From Octopus sinensis (Eukaryota): a stretch of 64,000 nucleotides of DNA. Positions within the stretch are counted from its first letter, which is position 1. The number at the start of each line of letters is the position of its first letter. The position numbers and the translations under genes were made by a program. Location: contig NC_042998.1 of the NCBI RefSeq assembly GCF_006345805.1, forward strand, positions 87,606,001 to 87,670,000. Reading direction: 5' to 3'. Of the stretch, positions 26,272-39,121 are shown one piece after another. Below the pieces are notes generated by a model, which was not told the origin of the DNA, did no database searches, and worked only from the letters and a program-made list of their open reading frames with translations.

Positions 26272-26272
<1 letters not shown>

Positions 26273-27250
26273 GAAGGAGAGTCAAAAATTATACGCATTC
26301 TTGCTTTTTCAATGCATTTACACAAAAACAGGGGATAAACAAATACGTCATTATATAGTATATATATCTCCTATAGTGTATATATCTCCTTCCTTTTCGA
26401 TGCACTTGGTCCAGCGATCTTCAAGCTTGCGTATTCCCTCCAAGAAAAAGGTTTTCGGTTGGTCGTGCAACCATTTATAGACCCCTTCCTTCACATCTTC
26501 ATCCGCAGGAAATCGACGACCTCGTAAACCATGTTTGAGCGGTTCAAAGATATGATATTCGGAAGGGGAAAGATCTGGGTTGTAAGCAAGGTGTTCCAGA
26601 ACCTCAAAACCCAATTGGTGAATGGTTTCAACGGACTGGGTGGCCGTATGTTGGCCTGCATTGTCATGCAATAGCAAAACTTTCTTCGACAATAGGTGCA
26701 GGAATGACTGTGTGGTAAGAACTAGCTTATCAGTCACATCGTTCCGGGCCCAGTCCCACTGCGTGGAACCTTGGGCAAGTGTCTTCTACTATAGCCTCGG
26801 GACGACCAAAGCCTTGTGAGTGGATTTGGTAGGCAGAAACTGAAAAGAAGCCCGTCGTATATATATATATATTATATATATATAATATATATATATATAT
26901 ATAGTTCGGTATTCATTCATTTACTGCTGATTGAAACTGCGATTGCGCGTTGAATTTGAAAAATTATAATGTATAACGATGAGACACGTGTAATTTGTCT
27001 CTTAATTATATGTTAGTGTTATGGCGTGATCACTGAGGAGAATTTCGCCTAGCAAATTACTTTATTTGCTAAAAAAATTTGGAATCTAGGTATGACCATA
27101 ACAAAAATAACAAGGTAAAAGTTTATATTTTTAATTCCTTTCAAAACTGCTCTTAAATGTGGTTTTGGTCGTTTTGACTACTTCTTCTAGCGTGTAAAGC
27201 TGCCTCTTGAAGACAGTTTCCCTTGTGTTTAAATGCACCACTATTTTATA

Positions 27251-27324
<74 letters not shown>

Positions 27325-27325
27325 G

Positions 27326-27366
<41 letters not shown>

Positions 27367-28075
27367 CAGTGTTTGTACACCACCATCGTTTGACGACGAT
27401 GTCGGTGTGTTTACGTCCCCGTAAATAAGCGGTTCAGCAAAAGAGACCGATAGTATAAGTACTAGGCTTACTAAGAATTACATTGACTGACCTCATGACA
27501 TTTGCGTTTGCGCTCTGCGGTAAGCACTCTTAGAACCCATCTTGCACAGACATTATGGAAGCCGAGCTTATCGTGGGTAATTTGATTGGCAGAACCATGT
27601 CTAATCTGTAGAGAACGAGCTACCTCATCATGATAACTCGCCGTTTCACCATTACCATCTCTCGAGCTTGCTGAATCTTCTCACCAGTGGTGGAGGTTGA
27701 TGGACGTCCTGCTCCCTCTTAATGCGTGACGCATGTCCGGCCACTTTTAAACTTCTCGATCCTCTCATACACATTTCCATGCGATAGTGCACTCTCCCCG
27801 TATTGAGCTGAAGGTTTGAAATGAATTTCAGCACCTGACATCTTCCGACCAGAGATATCGGATCACTGCTCTTGTTCTTCTTTGGTGCACATTGCTAGTG
27901 GAGCGGCAATGCTTACGCTGTAGAGCTAGAAAGAAAAAAAATTGCGCGATCAGGATCAAACTTCGATCACGTGACCACAATAGTACCAACTATAAGTATG
28001 CATGCACAGGACGAAGTGTGACAACAATAAATATATTTTATGGCGAAAGTGCCGATGATTTTTGACTTCCTCTCG
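26272..28075 (-). mobile_element. mariner (DD34D) element, interrupted by SINE and microsatellite insertions, with the central part deleted
   Basis: N-terminus 27490-27920: AAPLAMCTKEEQRAVIRYLWSE..GRPSTSTT..VCARWV. C-terminus ORF 26351-26737: LLHDNA..YNPDLSPSEYHIF. TIRs cgagaggaagtcaaaaat at 28075 and cgaaggagagtcaaaaatt at 26272. Confidence 0.85.
26745..26858 (+). mobile_element. CORE-type SINE fragment nested in the mariner element
   Basis: ccttgggcaagtgtcttctactatagcctcggg...gaaagaagcccgtcg; further pieces at 26115-26222 and 27365-27478. Confidence 0.8.
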
Positions 28076-28164
28076 TATATAATTATATATATCCATGTAT
28101 ATATTATATATAATATATATATAATATATATATATATAGTATATATATATATATATATATATAT

Positions 28165-28206
<42 letters not shown>

Positions 28207-28302
28207 CATATATATTAATATTATATATAGATTAATATATATATATATAATATATATATATATATATCTAAGGTATATATATACATATATATATAATATA
28301 TA

Positions 28303-28415
<113 letters not shown>

Positions 28416-28433
28416 GGATATATATATTATATA

Positions 28434-28488
28434 CGAGAGGAAGTCAAAAATCATCGGCACTTTCGCCATAAAATATATTTATTGTTGT

Positions 28489-28547
<59 letters not shown>

Positions 28548-28612
28548 ATATATATATCCATTTATCCATATATATTATGGTGAAAGTGTAGATAATTTTT
28601 GACTTCCTCTCG
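28434..28612. mobile_element. mariner-derived MITE-like unit (TIR, microsatellite, TIR) with TA flanks
   Basis: ta|cgagaggaagtcaaaaat ... atttttgacttcctctcg|ta. Confidence 0.6.
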
Positions 28613-28768
28613 TATATGATATCATTCGGCACTCTACTCTTGAAGTGGTTGGGGTATTGTAGAACACGGTCGAATAACTCCAGAGAGTAACAGAAAAGGT
28701 CGAGCACTTTATTTATCAAATATGTATACATATCTCTCTGTTTGTCTGTTTGTCTCTCTCTCTTTCTC

Positions 28769-28814
<46 letters not shown>

Positions 28815-29125
28815 CAGAAAGAAAGAATATGTATGCACATCTCACTGTTTGCTTGGCCTTTTCTGTTACCCTCTGGAGTTATTCAACCGTGTTCTACAAT
28901 ACTCCAACCACTTCAAGAGCAGAGTGCCGAATGATATCATATACGAGAGGAAGTCAAAAATTATCCGCACTTTCGCCATAATATGCACACATACGCATAA
29001 AACACACACATATATATACATCTACATATATGTATATAAACGTAAATACATATAAAATAAGTATATATCTATAAATATACGTATGAATATACATATATAT
29101 ATATAAATATACGTATGAATATATA

Positions 29126-29167
<42 letters not shown>

Positions 29168-29198
29168 GTATATGTATATGTATATATATATATATATA

Positions 29199-29244
<46 letters not shown>

Positions 29245-29269
29245 TATATATATATATATATGTATATGC

Positions 29270-32200
29270 GAAACAATTAGAACATTTTTCTCTAACAACG
29301 CTAACCAAGGACCTCCAAACGCGTCATTATATGGGATCAATACTCTAACAACATACCAAATGAAACAACACATAATCCCACAATGGAACAAATCACTCAG
29401 AGATAGAAAGTTCGCCTTTTAGAAGATGATCCAAAACAACAACAAAGCGGATATATACGAAAAATGTCTCAACCGGACCCCGTTAATCCTCCCACGTAAA
29501 TTCCAGTTCAAAGCTATTACAGAGGAACCTGAAACACAAAGACACCTCAGGGAGAGAATGGCACTGGAAAAAATGAAAATGGAAATAGAACTTCTGAAAT
29601 TGAGGGCCCAAACGAATGAGGATAAAATAAAATCCACCGATGAAGATATCAACGAAGAAATTCGCAAAATTGCCCAAGGCCCAGATCAAGAGAAGGTCTC
29701 CAAACTATGGAAAGAGGACTGTGAAAAAGAAGAACTAAAATCTCTCCAACGCTGGGAGAAAAACGCCATTTGGTTCTCAGACTATGAAGCCGTCTTTCAA
29801 ACAGAGCACGCCTCCAACAACTCTTTCCAGAAAATAAGAAAACCAAAACAACACCCAAACACCGATACACACCTGTCTAAAAATCGGAACCTTCACTACT
29901 TTCAAAAAAAGAATACAGGACCTAACCCTAACTCTGTAAGTAGCCAGCGTTACAATATCAGGAATACCCCCACTTCAAGCAGAGAAAGGATAAATCAAAC
30001 ACCCCAGCATAGACACTGCAACCTTATCCCCACCCAAAAGAGTTACCAACGAAATCTCCGCCCCATAAACCGTTAAACAACCATGCACAACAAACCCACT
30101 CCACTTACAATGATTACCAACGAAGGCCTCCTAGAACACCACACCCGAATATGGGATATCGGGATGCTCTCCTCAATACTGCTCCAAGAACACACACCAT
30201 AAATCACAACAGGAGACCCCACATCAACAAAGAACAACTATATAATAGCTACCGTCCCAACCACCGCATTCATTTTTTAGACCCAATACGCAAACACAGA
30301 GGCACAAGATAGCACCAAACAAGCAGGAGGAACCAAAAGTAATAAAAAATCAATCTAACTCACAAGGAACTAACATCAAACCAAATTAACATACTTTCCA
30401 AAGGACTCAAGTTTACACCCACCCCACAACACCCCAACTACAACGAAATGAAAGAAGACATCGCAGAATTCTGCAGAAAATAAGACTTACTGAGGAGCTA
30501 TACGATAAATACAACGAGGACGAATCGTTAGCCAGAAATAGGAGTAACTACACCCCCTCGAAAGGTAAGAACAAAACACTTGATGATTTCTGTGACCACA
30601 TATCTAATTACCCATATCAACATATGCACAAACAAAAAACACAAACCAAACTTCAGCAAAAAAGAATGGGCTGAGTTGAACAAATTAACACGATAAAACA
30701 ATAACAATCAAAGAGGCCGATAAAGGGAGTGCTGTTGTCTTAATGGATACGACATTTTACATAACTTTGGTACTTTCTATGCTGGAAGACACAACATACT
30801 ATGAAAAGGCAAAAACTACAGTCAACAAAAAATAATGAGGGAACTAAAATCCATATTAAACCCATACAAAGCAGGGCTCACCGACAAGAATATGATTATA
30901 TGACCAATTTCACAAGTAAAACTAGCCAATTCTACGGTATACCTAAGATCCACAAAAGTGAAAAAATAAGCAACGCATGCAAGATAGCTACAGACAAAAT
31001 AATTAAAGTCCCTAATCCTAATGACCTCAAATTGAGACCCATAATAGCAGGTCCCGCATGCGAAACCCACCGCCTCAGTAACTTTTTAGACACCCTGTTA
31101 AAACCACTCCTCAAACATGTCAAAAGCTATATAAGGGACGACTTAGATATGCTCAATCACCTACCGAATACTATAAACAAAAACACCATACTGGTATCCT
31201 TCGATGTAGTCAACATCTACTCCAATATCCCCCACAACCTAGGACTAGAGGCAATCCAATTCTGGCTAGAGAATCACGCCAACGAACTACCACACCGCAT
31301 CAAAAAAGAATTTGTGATAGAAGGGGTAAATTCATCCTGGAAAATAACTTCTTCGCCTTCAATGACAACTTCTACCGACAAAAATCGGGGACTGCGATGG
31401 GTACACGAATGGCCCCCTCCTTTGCCAACCTAGTCATAGGATACCTAGAGATCAGTCTGTATCGTAAGGTTCTAGAAAGATATGGCAGCCCTTTCTCCAT
31501 CTACATAGAAAACAACTGGAAGAGATATCTAGATGACTGTTTCATCCTTTGGCATAAAAATATAGAAAAACTCATAGAATTCCAGAAAATTTTAAACGGA
31601 CTGGACGTAAACATCCAATTCACGATGGAATATAGCCAACAACAACTCCCCTTCCTCGATATCCTCATTAAGAAAGCTAATAATATAATAGAAACAGACA
31701 TATACTATAAGCCTACAGACTCTAAGCAATATCTTCCATTCAATTCATGCCACCCCAGACACACCAGGATGAATATCCCCTTCAATCTAGCAAAAAGGAT
31801 ATGCACTATAGTCTCTAACGCAAACACCAGAGACACACGACTACAAGAACTAAAAGATACCCTTATCACCAGGAACTATCCACCTTCACTTATTGACAAG
31901 TGCATTCAACGTGCCCTTCAACTTAACATCAAGGAACTGAGACATCCCAAATCAAAGAAAAACTTACAACCAAAAGCCTTACCATACATCTCCACACACA
32001 ACCTCTCAATAACGAAGCCTTCGACACCATCCTCCACAACATACCCCTCCTAAAAAAGACCACAGAATGAACACAATCCTCCAAACACACACGATCATAA
32101 AAGCAAAAGACAGCCTAGATCCATGAAAGTCTCCTTACACAAGCCCGAATTCACTCTTCAACACAGAAGCCGACAGTAAAAAAATGTGGAAGACCCAATT

Positions 32201-32313
32201 GCGGGATATGCGACTATCTAATTGAGGGATCAGAGTTCTCCTTCAAACAGGGACAACGGTTTACAGTGAAAAGCAACTTCACATGTGCTTCGGAGAACCT
32301 AATATACTCACTA
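29270..32313 (+). mobile_element. Penelope-like element (Neptune-like, Cys-rich linker before GIY-YIG), 3'-truncated and frameshifted
   Basis: RT motifs FYGIPKIHK, LRPIIAGP, SFDVVNIYSNIPH, GTRMAPSFANL, YLDD, LPFLDI and YYKPTDS. Linker KCGRPNCGICDYL, then FTCASENLIY, which ends abruptly at ~32313. Confidence 0.92.
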
Positions 32314-32386
32314 TGTGACAATCATAGTTGTCGCCGAGAATTAGATTTCCTTCACAAATACTTATACTTTTTCCAACTATGATTGT

Positions 32387-32431
32387 CACACGCTGACGAG
32401 AGGTCAATACCTCGAAACTCGAGTCCGTGTG
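32387..32431 (+). ncRNA. Type I hammerhead ribozyme, copy 1 (predicted cleavage GUC^ after 32425)
   Basis: CACACG-CTGACGA-GAGG-tcaata-CCTC-GAAA-C-tcga-GTC^-CGTGTG. Complete canonical core, 6-bp stem I, 4-bp stem II, palindromic short stem III. Confidence 0.92.
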
Positions 32432-32730
32432 TATCATAAGTTGAAGACGGGAAGGATGACTTCCCTTTGCAAATACTGACAGGACACAGATAGTGTGTCT
32501 ATGGCCAGCTGGAGGAGTGTGTCCTCCTGGGGCTAAAAACTACGTAGCATCCACCCTTAGGGGTTAGCCAATTGAAATGCAAAAATACGTCACGATGTGT
32601 TACCGCTACAGTATAAACTACTTTGATTTTATCATTGTTTGATTCACTTTTTCAATATCAGCGACAGGGCGCTGGAAAAAGTATAAGTATTTGTGAAGGA
32701 AATCTAATTCTCGGCGACAACTATGATTGT

Positions 32731-32775
32731 CACACGCTGACGAGAGGTCAATACCTCGAAACTCGAGTCCGTGTG
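32731..32775 (+). ncRNA. Type I hammerhead ribozyme, copy 2 (cleavage after 32769)
   Basis: Identical to copy 1. Confidence 0.92.
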
Positions 32776-33079
32776 TATCATAAGTTGAAGACGGGAAGGA
32801 TGACTTCCCTTTGCAAATACTGACAGGACACAGATAGTGTGTCTATGGCCAGCTGGAGGAGTGTTCCTCCTGGAGCTAAAAACTACAGTAGCATTCACCC
32901 TTAGGGGTTAGCCATATTGAAATGGAAAAATACGTCACGATGTGTTACCGCTACAGTATAAACTCACTTTGATATTTATCATTGTTTGATTTCACTTTTT
33001 CAATATCAGCGACAGTGGGCGCTGGAAAAAGTATAGTATTTGTGAAGGAAATCTAATTCTCGGCGACAACTATGGTTGT

Positions 33080-33124
33080 CACACGCTGACGAGAGGTCAA
33101 TACCTCGAAACTCGAGTCCGTGTG
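33080..33124 (+). ncRNA. Type I hammerhead ribozyme, copy 3 (cleavage after 33118)
   Basis: Identical to copy 1. Confidence 0.92.
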
Positions 33125-33431
33125 TATCATAAGTTGAAGACGGGAAGGATGACTTCCCTTTGCAAATACTGACAGGACACAGATAGTGTGTCTATGGCCA
33201 GCTGGAGGAGTGTGTCCTCCTGGGGCTAAAAACTACAGTAGCATCCACCCTTAGGGGTTAGCCATATTGAAATGGCAAAAATACGTCACGATGTGTTACC
33301 GCTACAGTATATAACTCACTTTGATATTTATCATTGTTGATTTCACTTTTTCAATATCAGCGACAGTGGGCGCTGGTAAAAGTATAAGTATTTGTGAAGG
33401 AAATCTAATTCTCGGCGACAACTATGATTGT

Positions 33432-33475
33432 CACACGCTGACGAGAGGTCATACCTCGAAACTCGAGTCCGTGTG
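33432..33475 (+). ncRNA. Type I hammerhead ribozyme, copy 4 (cleavage after 33469)
   Basis: Same as copy 1 except loop II is 1 nt shorter (tcata). Confidence 0.9.
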
Positions 33476-33684
33476 TATCATAAGTTGAAGACGGAAGGAT
33501 GACTTCCCTTTGCAAATACTGACAGGACACAGATAGTGGTCTATGGCCAGCTGGAGGAGTGTGTCCTCCTGGAGCTAAAAACTACAGTAGCATTCACCCT
33601 TAGGGTTAGCCATATTGAAATGGCAAAAATACGTCACGATGTGTTACCGCTACAGTATATAACTCACTTTGATATTTATCATTG

Positions 33685-33722
<38 letters not shown>

Positions 33723-33726
33723 GTAT

Positions 33727-34030
33727 GTATTATGTGTTATCCTGCACTGCCAGTATAGTGCTTCTGGTCTCTTTTCTTTTGGGTTCCTTTCGTCAGGCAT
33801 TCCCACCTGTTTCCTCCAGCAAATTCTGTTGTGGCTACAAGGAATTGATTATGTAATCCCTTGTTGCGTAATTCTTCTTCATGTCTTCTTTGTACTTCTA
33901 TCTTCGTTTTCCTTTTTTTCTCTGCTTTCAATACTCCTTCGTTTCTAACTATCACTAGCAAGGTTTCCTTACTTTGGGCTGTGTATCTCATTAAGCTCTC
34001 GTGTTCAGCACGCATGCAGTCTTCCACATG
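33727..34030 (-). mobile_element. R4/Dong-clade LINE fragment (same subfamily as 7500-8575 and 59410-60845)
   Basis: EDCMRAEHESLMRYTAQSKETLLVIVRNEG matches ORF 59979-60407. Confidence 0.75.
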
Positions 34031-34049
34031 GGCGTGATGGAAAGTGTCA

Positions 34050-34930
34050 TCTGTCCATAGCCAGCAGATTAAGGTGACGCTTGTTTACTGGTCACGTTTT
34101 AAGAACTCTACGAAGAATTCTTGCAGTTCCAAGAAATGCTGATTTTTTTAGGTGTTCTATTTTCACACTTGCACCAATCTTTTTCAGCCATGTTGGTAGT
34201 TGAGTGCTGATACTTCCAAGTGCACCAGTTACTATTGGTATCGCGTCCACTCTCTTCATTGACCACAACCTTCGTATTTCCCACTTCAAATCTTCATAGT
34301 TTTGTATTTTTCTTCTTCTTTCACATTGACCCTGTTGGCTCCAGGGCATGCTATGTCGATTATCATACATGTTCTTTCATTTTTATTCACCACAACAATG
34401 TCTGGTTTCTGATGTCTGGTCTGCTGATCGCATTGGATCATTGCATCCTACAGGATTTTACAATTCTCAGTTTGGTGACTCATTCTGGAGTTTTCTCATA
34501 CCACGTCTTTGCTCTTTGTAAGCCGTGATTTCTACAGAACTCCCAAGTGTTTTCTATATAATTGGTCCTTAACGCTTGTTCCTGAGCTGCCCATATGAGT
34601 GCCTTTGTCTCTCTCTTCAGGTCACTCCTTCTAACCCATAGCCACCAGTCCTCTGTATCTGTCTTGGTATTCACATCTCTTGCAAACTGACCGTACATTT
34701 TCTTTTCCTTGCTTTTTCTGTTTTTTTTTGTTCATTTCTTGTTTAAATTTTTCTCCACGACAGTTTTATATACCATTCTAGGCTGTTTTTCTCTGCTTCG
34801 ATATAGTCATGACAACTGATCGAACCTCTCCCACCCTTTCTTCTGGACAAGTACAGCCTATCAGTATCACTCATAGGGTGGGAAGCTCCGTGTACTGTCG
34901 ACATTTATCTGGTCTTGGTATCCATTTTCT
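34050..34930 (-). mobile_element. R4/Dong-clade LINE 3' fragment with REL domain
   Basis: SDLKRETKALIWAAQEQALRTNYI, KIQNYEDLKWEIRRLW, IPIVTGALG and LGTARILRRVL. Confidence 0.8.
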
Positions 34931-35139
34931 TCATTTCTCTCTTTTGCCATTTTATATTTCTCACTCCATACCGAAGTGATGCTATCGCCCACGTATTAAC
35001 TGCTTGGATTTTATTCTTATTTTCTTGTTATAATTTTCATATACACTTAACAAATTAGAACGTTGGAAAAGAAAAGAATCTGAACATTGGGCGTCGACAA
35101 GTAGGCTTATATGCTAAGAACCCTCCTAAGTATCCTAGC

Positions 35140-35374
35140 TGTCCCTAATAACAGTTTTCTGCAGCTGTACTAAACTGGGTTTTATGCCTATTTCTTTATC
35201 CATCTCTTCAGACCTTTAGAGATAGTTCCCAATGCACCTATAACTACTGGGATACATTTTCACCGCACTTTCCATAGTCTCTGTAATTCAATGGCTAACA
35301 CCTGGTACTTTGCTATTTTTCCTATACCTCTCATATTTTTTTCAATTACCTGGCACTTTCTATTATTCTTTATT

Positions 35375-35450
<76 letters not shown>

Positions 35451-35790
35451 GCTACTACTACCACCAAATCAGGCCTTCTAGCTTCTGTTACTCTGTCAGT
35501 CTTACTTTCTAGTACTTCACAAGGTTCATAACATTTATCAGTATGTTCAAAGCCTAGCTTTCTACATAGTTCCTAGTGGATTACTCTCCCTAGATTGTCA
35601 TGTCTTTTCTTGTATTCTTTCTGTGCCAGTATGCTACATTCACTTACTAAAAGCTTTCCGCTTTTATTTTTCATAATATACATTGGGAGCCTACTTGGTT
35701 TTTGTGTATGTTGGCTTTTATTCAATTAGTCCTTAATTCTTGATCTTGTGCAGCTACTAACAAACTTTCTGTCTCCTTCTTTAGCTCTCC
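35140..35790 (-). mobile_element. Degenerate R4/Dong 3' fragments split by a (CTA)n tract
   Basis: GELKKETESLLVAAQDQELRTN and IPVVIGALGTI-like motifs. Confidence 0.55.
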
Positions 35791-35799
35791 TATACAAAA

Positions 35800-36287
35800 C
35801 TCAGTATACCCATCGTGACTACCCGTTTGATAAGGGTACACCAGATACATGCATCAGAGCCATATACGCACGATATAGTGATCTCATATCAAGATAAACA
35901 GCGCATTTCCTTGCTGGTGGGTCCCAGCTAGAATTTTCTTCGGGTTGAGTAGCCCATCCTGCTCAAAAGATCCCAGAATAAGGGTTGTTTAAGGATGTTG
36001 AACAAAGCACCCATGTTTCCAAAGGTGGATTATCCAAACAACAAAGAATCCCTCTCAACACATGGCTATGATGCTCCCCCTCTACTTCTGCTCGTGATCA
36101 GAGATGCATATATTGCCAGCCACTAAGGGACATGCTCAAATGGTTAAGTTTATGCAACTGACAAGCAAATCTGTGGTACTGAGCAGAATATTTGGTGTGG
36201 CCCATCATCTATACCAAGACAAAACTATGTACATGATAACACTTCCAATCAGTTAAGATCAGAAGCCATTAGAGCCACTGTCTGGTA
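35800..36287 (-). mobile_element. Diverged copy of the ~550-bp (TAA)n-associated element
   Basis: Colinear with 36435-36971. Confidence 0.85.
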
Positions 36288-36387
36288 ATTGCTATTATTA
36301 TTATTATTATAATTATTATTATTATTATTATTATCATCATCATCATCATTATCATCCACTTCCTCCTCCTCCTCCTCCTCATCATCA

Positions 36388-36434
<47 letters not shown>

Positions 36435-36971
36435 GAGTGAGAGAGCAGTTCATGCCATCAAAGTGACACTGGGGTAAAATATTCGAAGCCCAATATACCC
36501 ATCATGACTACCCGTCTGATAAGGGTACACCAGGCACATGCATCACAACCATATGTGCGCGACATGGTAATCTCATATCAAGATAAACAGCACATGACCT
36601 TGCAGGTGGGGCCCAGTTAGAAATTTCTTCAGGTTGAGTAGCCTATCCCACTCAAAAAGTCCCTGAATAAGGGTTGTTTAAGGATGTTGAAAGAACCACC
36701 CATGTTTCCAGAGGTGAATTATTCAAACTCCAAAGAATCCCTCTCAACACATGGCTATGATGCTCCCCCACTACTTCTGCTCGTGATCAGAGATGCACAT
36801 ATCGTCAGCCACTAAGGGACATGCTCAACTGGTTACGGTCAAACAACTGACAAGCAAATCTGTGGTATTGAGCAGAGTATTTGATGTAGCCCATCTTTTA
36901 TACCAAGACAAAACAATGTACATGATAACTCTTCCAATCAGTTAAGATCAGAAGCCATGAGAGCCACTGCC
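36435..36971 (-). mobile_element. ~550-bp (TAA)n-associated non-coding element, near full length
   Basis: Flanked on both sides by (TTA)n. Confidence 0.9.
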
Positions 36972-37097
<126 letters not shown>

Positions 37098-37873
37098 TGT
37101 TGTTGTTGTTGTTGTTGTTATTATTACCCCTTTTATCTCTCGACACCCTATTATCTCATTACTTTTACCATTTGCATATAGGACCCAGTAGTTTCAGAGT
37201 GAAAGTGAAATTGATTATTATACAGCATTGGTGATGTTTTTTTCCTAATTTTAATGTTTATAGCATTAGACAGATGATTTACTTGCATTTCTTGGATAGT
37301 GGCTGCTGTTCCTTATTGTTATTGCCGTTGTTGTTATTATTGCTATTGCTGCTGTTGCTGTTGTTGCTTTTATCTGTGTTTAATAGCTTTTAAATGCAAC
37401 AGCAATTTATAAAAGAGTTATATTCCTGCTGTCCTTGCTGTTTGTAATCATCGTCGTCATAGGCATCGTCGTTGTCACCGTGAACGCTGCTATTATTTGT
37501 ATTGTTATTTTATTGAGCTAGCTTTATTTACGATTGTATTTTTTAGAGTGAATATTGTTGTTGTGATGTCGCTGTTGTTGTTTAATGTTGATATGTTGTG
37601 ATGACACAGTTGCTGATATTTTAAAAGTTTGTTGATATTAAAATTATGATGTATATTATCAATTTTCTATCGCAGTCTCTCAGATAGATTTTTTACTTCT
37701 GTTACCGCTTCTAGTTTTTACTATCTGCTTAGATGTAAGGATTCATAGTAATCATCTCAGCAGGGATACTTTTAAATCGCTTGTCCTATATTAGCTATTC
37801 TCTGTTTGTTGTTGCTGTTATTCTTTGCGTTCAGTGTGTTTGTGTGTGTGTCATACATACATACATACATACA

Positions 37874-37905
<32 letters not shown>

Positions 37906-37917
37906 CATATACATATT

Positions 37918-38275
37918 TGCGTGGCTGTGTGGTAAGAAGCTTGCTTTTGAAGCACATACCTCCGGGCTTAGGTCCACTGTGAGACACCTTGGACAGCTAT
38001 CTTCTACCATAGTCCTCGGGCTGAGCAAAGTCTTGTTAGTGGATTTGGTGGACGGAAACTGAAAGAAGTCCGTCGTATATGTATGTATATATGTCTTTGT
38101 GCCTCTGTTTGTCCCACATCACTGCATGACAACAGTTGTTGGTGTGTTTATGCTCTGTAACCTAGCGGTTCGACAAACGTGACCGATATGGTAAGTTCTG
38201 GGGCCGATTCATTCGACTAGAAATACTTCAGGACTCGAGCGTAGCTGCTATCTCATGACCGGAACAACTAAAAGA
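37918..38275 (+). mobile_element. Diverged tRNA/CORE SINE
   Basis: Homologous to 46838-47245. Confidence 0.8.
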
Positions 38276-38288
38276 TGTGCATTTATAT

Positions 38289-38334
<46 letters not shown>

Positions 38335-38377
38335 TTTAAGAGACAGAACCACCTTCTCTTAAACCTATCTATAAATA

Positions 38378-38612
38378 CAGGGTGGCCCAAAATGATGTAC
38401 TCACTCTTTAACTTCCCAGTACTCATGCATTTTGTGTTCAAGTAGATGTTTTTTGATATACATACAATTCTAAAAAGTTAAATTAAATTCAGGTAATAAA
38501 TTGTTGTAGAAACGATTATTTATTGTCATTTAGAATTATTTAATGTTCTCTCTCATTCCTGCGAATTAGTAATCGTTGTCAAAGAGTGAGTACATCTTTT
38601 TGGGACACCCTG
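38378..38612. mobile_element. Tc1/mariner MITE (235 bp) with ~32-bp TIRs and TA target duplication
   Basis: ta|cagggtggcccaaaatgatgtactcactcttt ... aaagagtgagtacatctttttgggacaccctg|ta. Confidence 0.88.
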
Positions 38613-38699
38613 TATGTATATAATACAGCGAGAAATTCATTTTAGTACTACTAAATTGAATTTTTCTCCCTTGTGAACTCGGAAATAACTTCCCTAATA

Positions 38700-38780
<81 letters not shown>

Positions 38781-38918
38781 GTGTGTATGTATATATATAT
38801 ATGCATGTATGTATGTATGTATTTATGCGCTTGCATACATATATATATATATGTTTATATATATATGTGTGTATGTATATGTTGTATGTACGCGTGTATA
38901 TGCATACATATATATACA

Positions 38919-38958
<40 letters not shown>

Positions 38959-39044
38959 CATACATACATACATGTATTTAACACAACACTGGTTTTCGTA
39001 CAGAGACACACATGTGCATACACGCGCACACAAACGCACACAGA

Positions 39045-39121
<77 letters not shown>

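Larger units (their letters stand above)
32376..33686 (+). mobile_element. Tandem array (~3.8 units of 344-351 bp) of hammerhead-containing non-coding monomers; putative non-LTR retrozyme
   Basis: Near-identical head-to-tail units, each with an intact hammerhead; no recognisable coding capacity; ends in (TA)n. Confidence 0.88.

Noticed and set aside
32376-33686. Array read as a CRISPR array, plain satellite or protein-coding repeat (ORFs 32623-32823, 32704-32898, 33536-33856)
   Set aside because: There are no unique spacers and the context is eukaryotic. The ORFs are short and broken by unit-specific indels, while the ribozyme core stays invariant.
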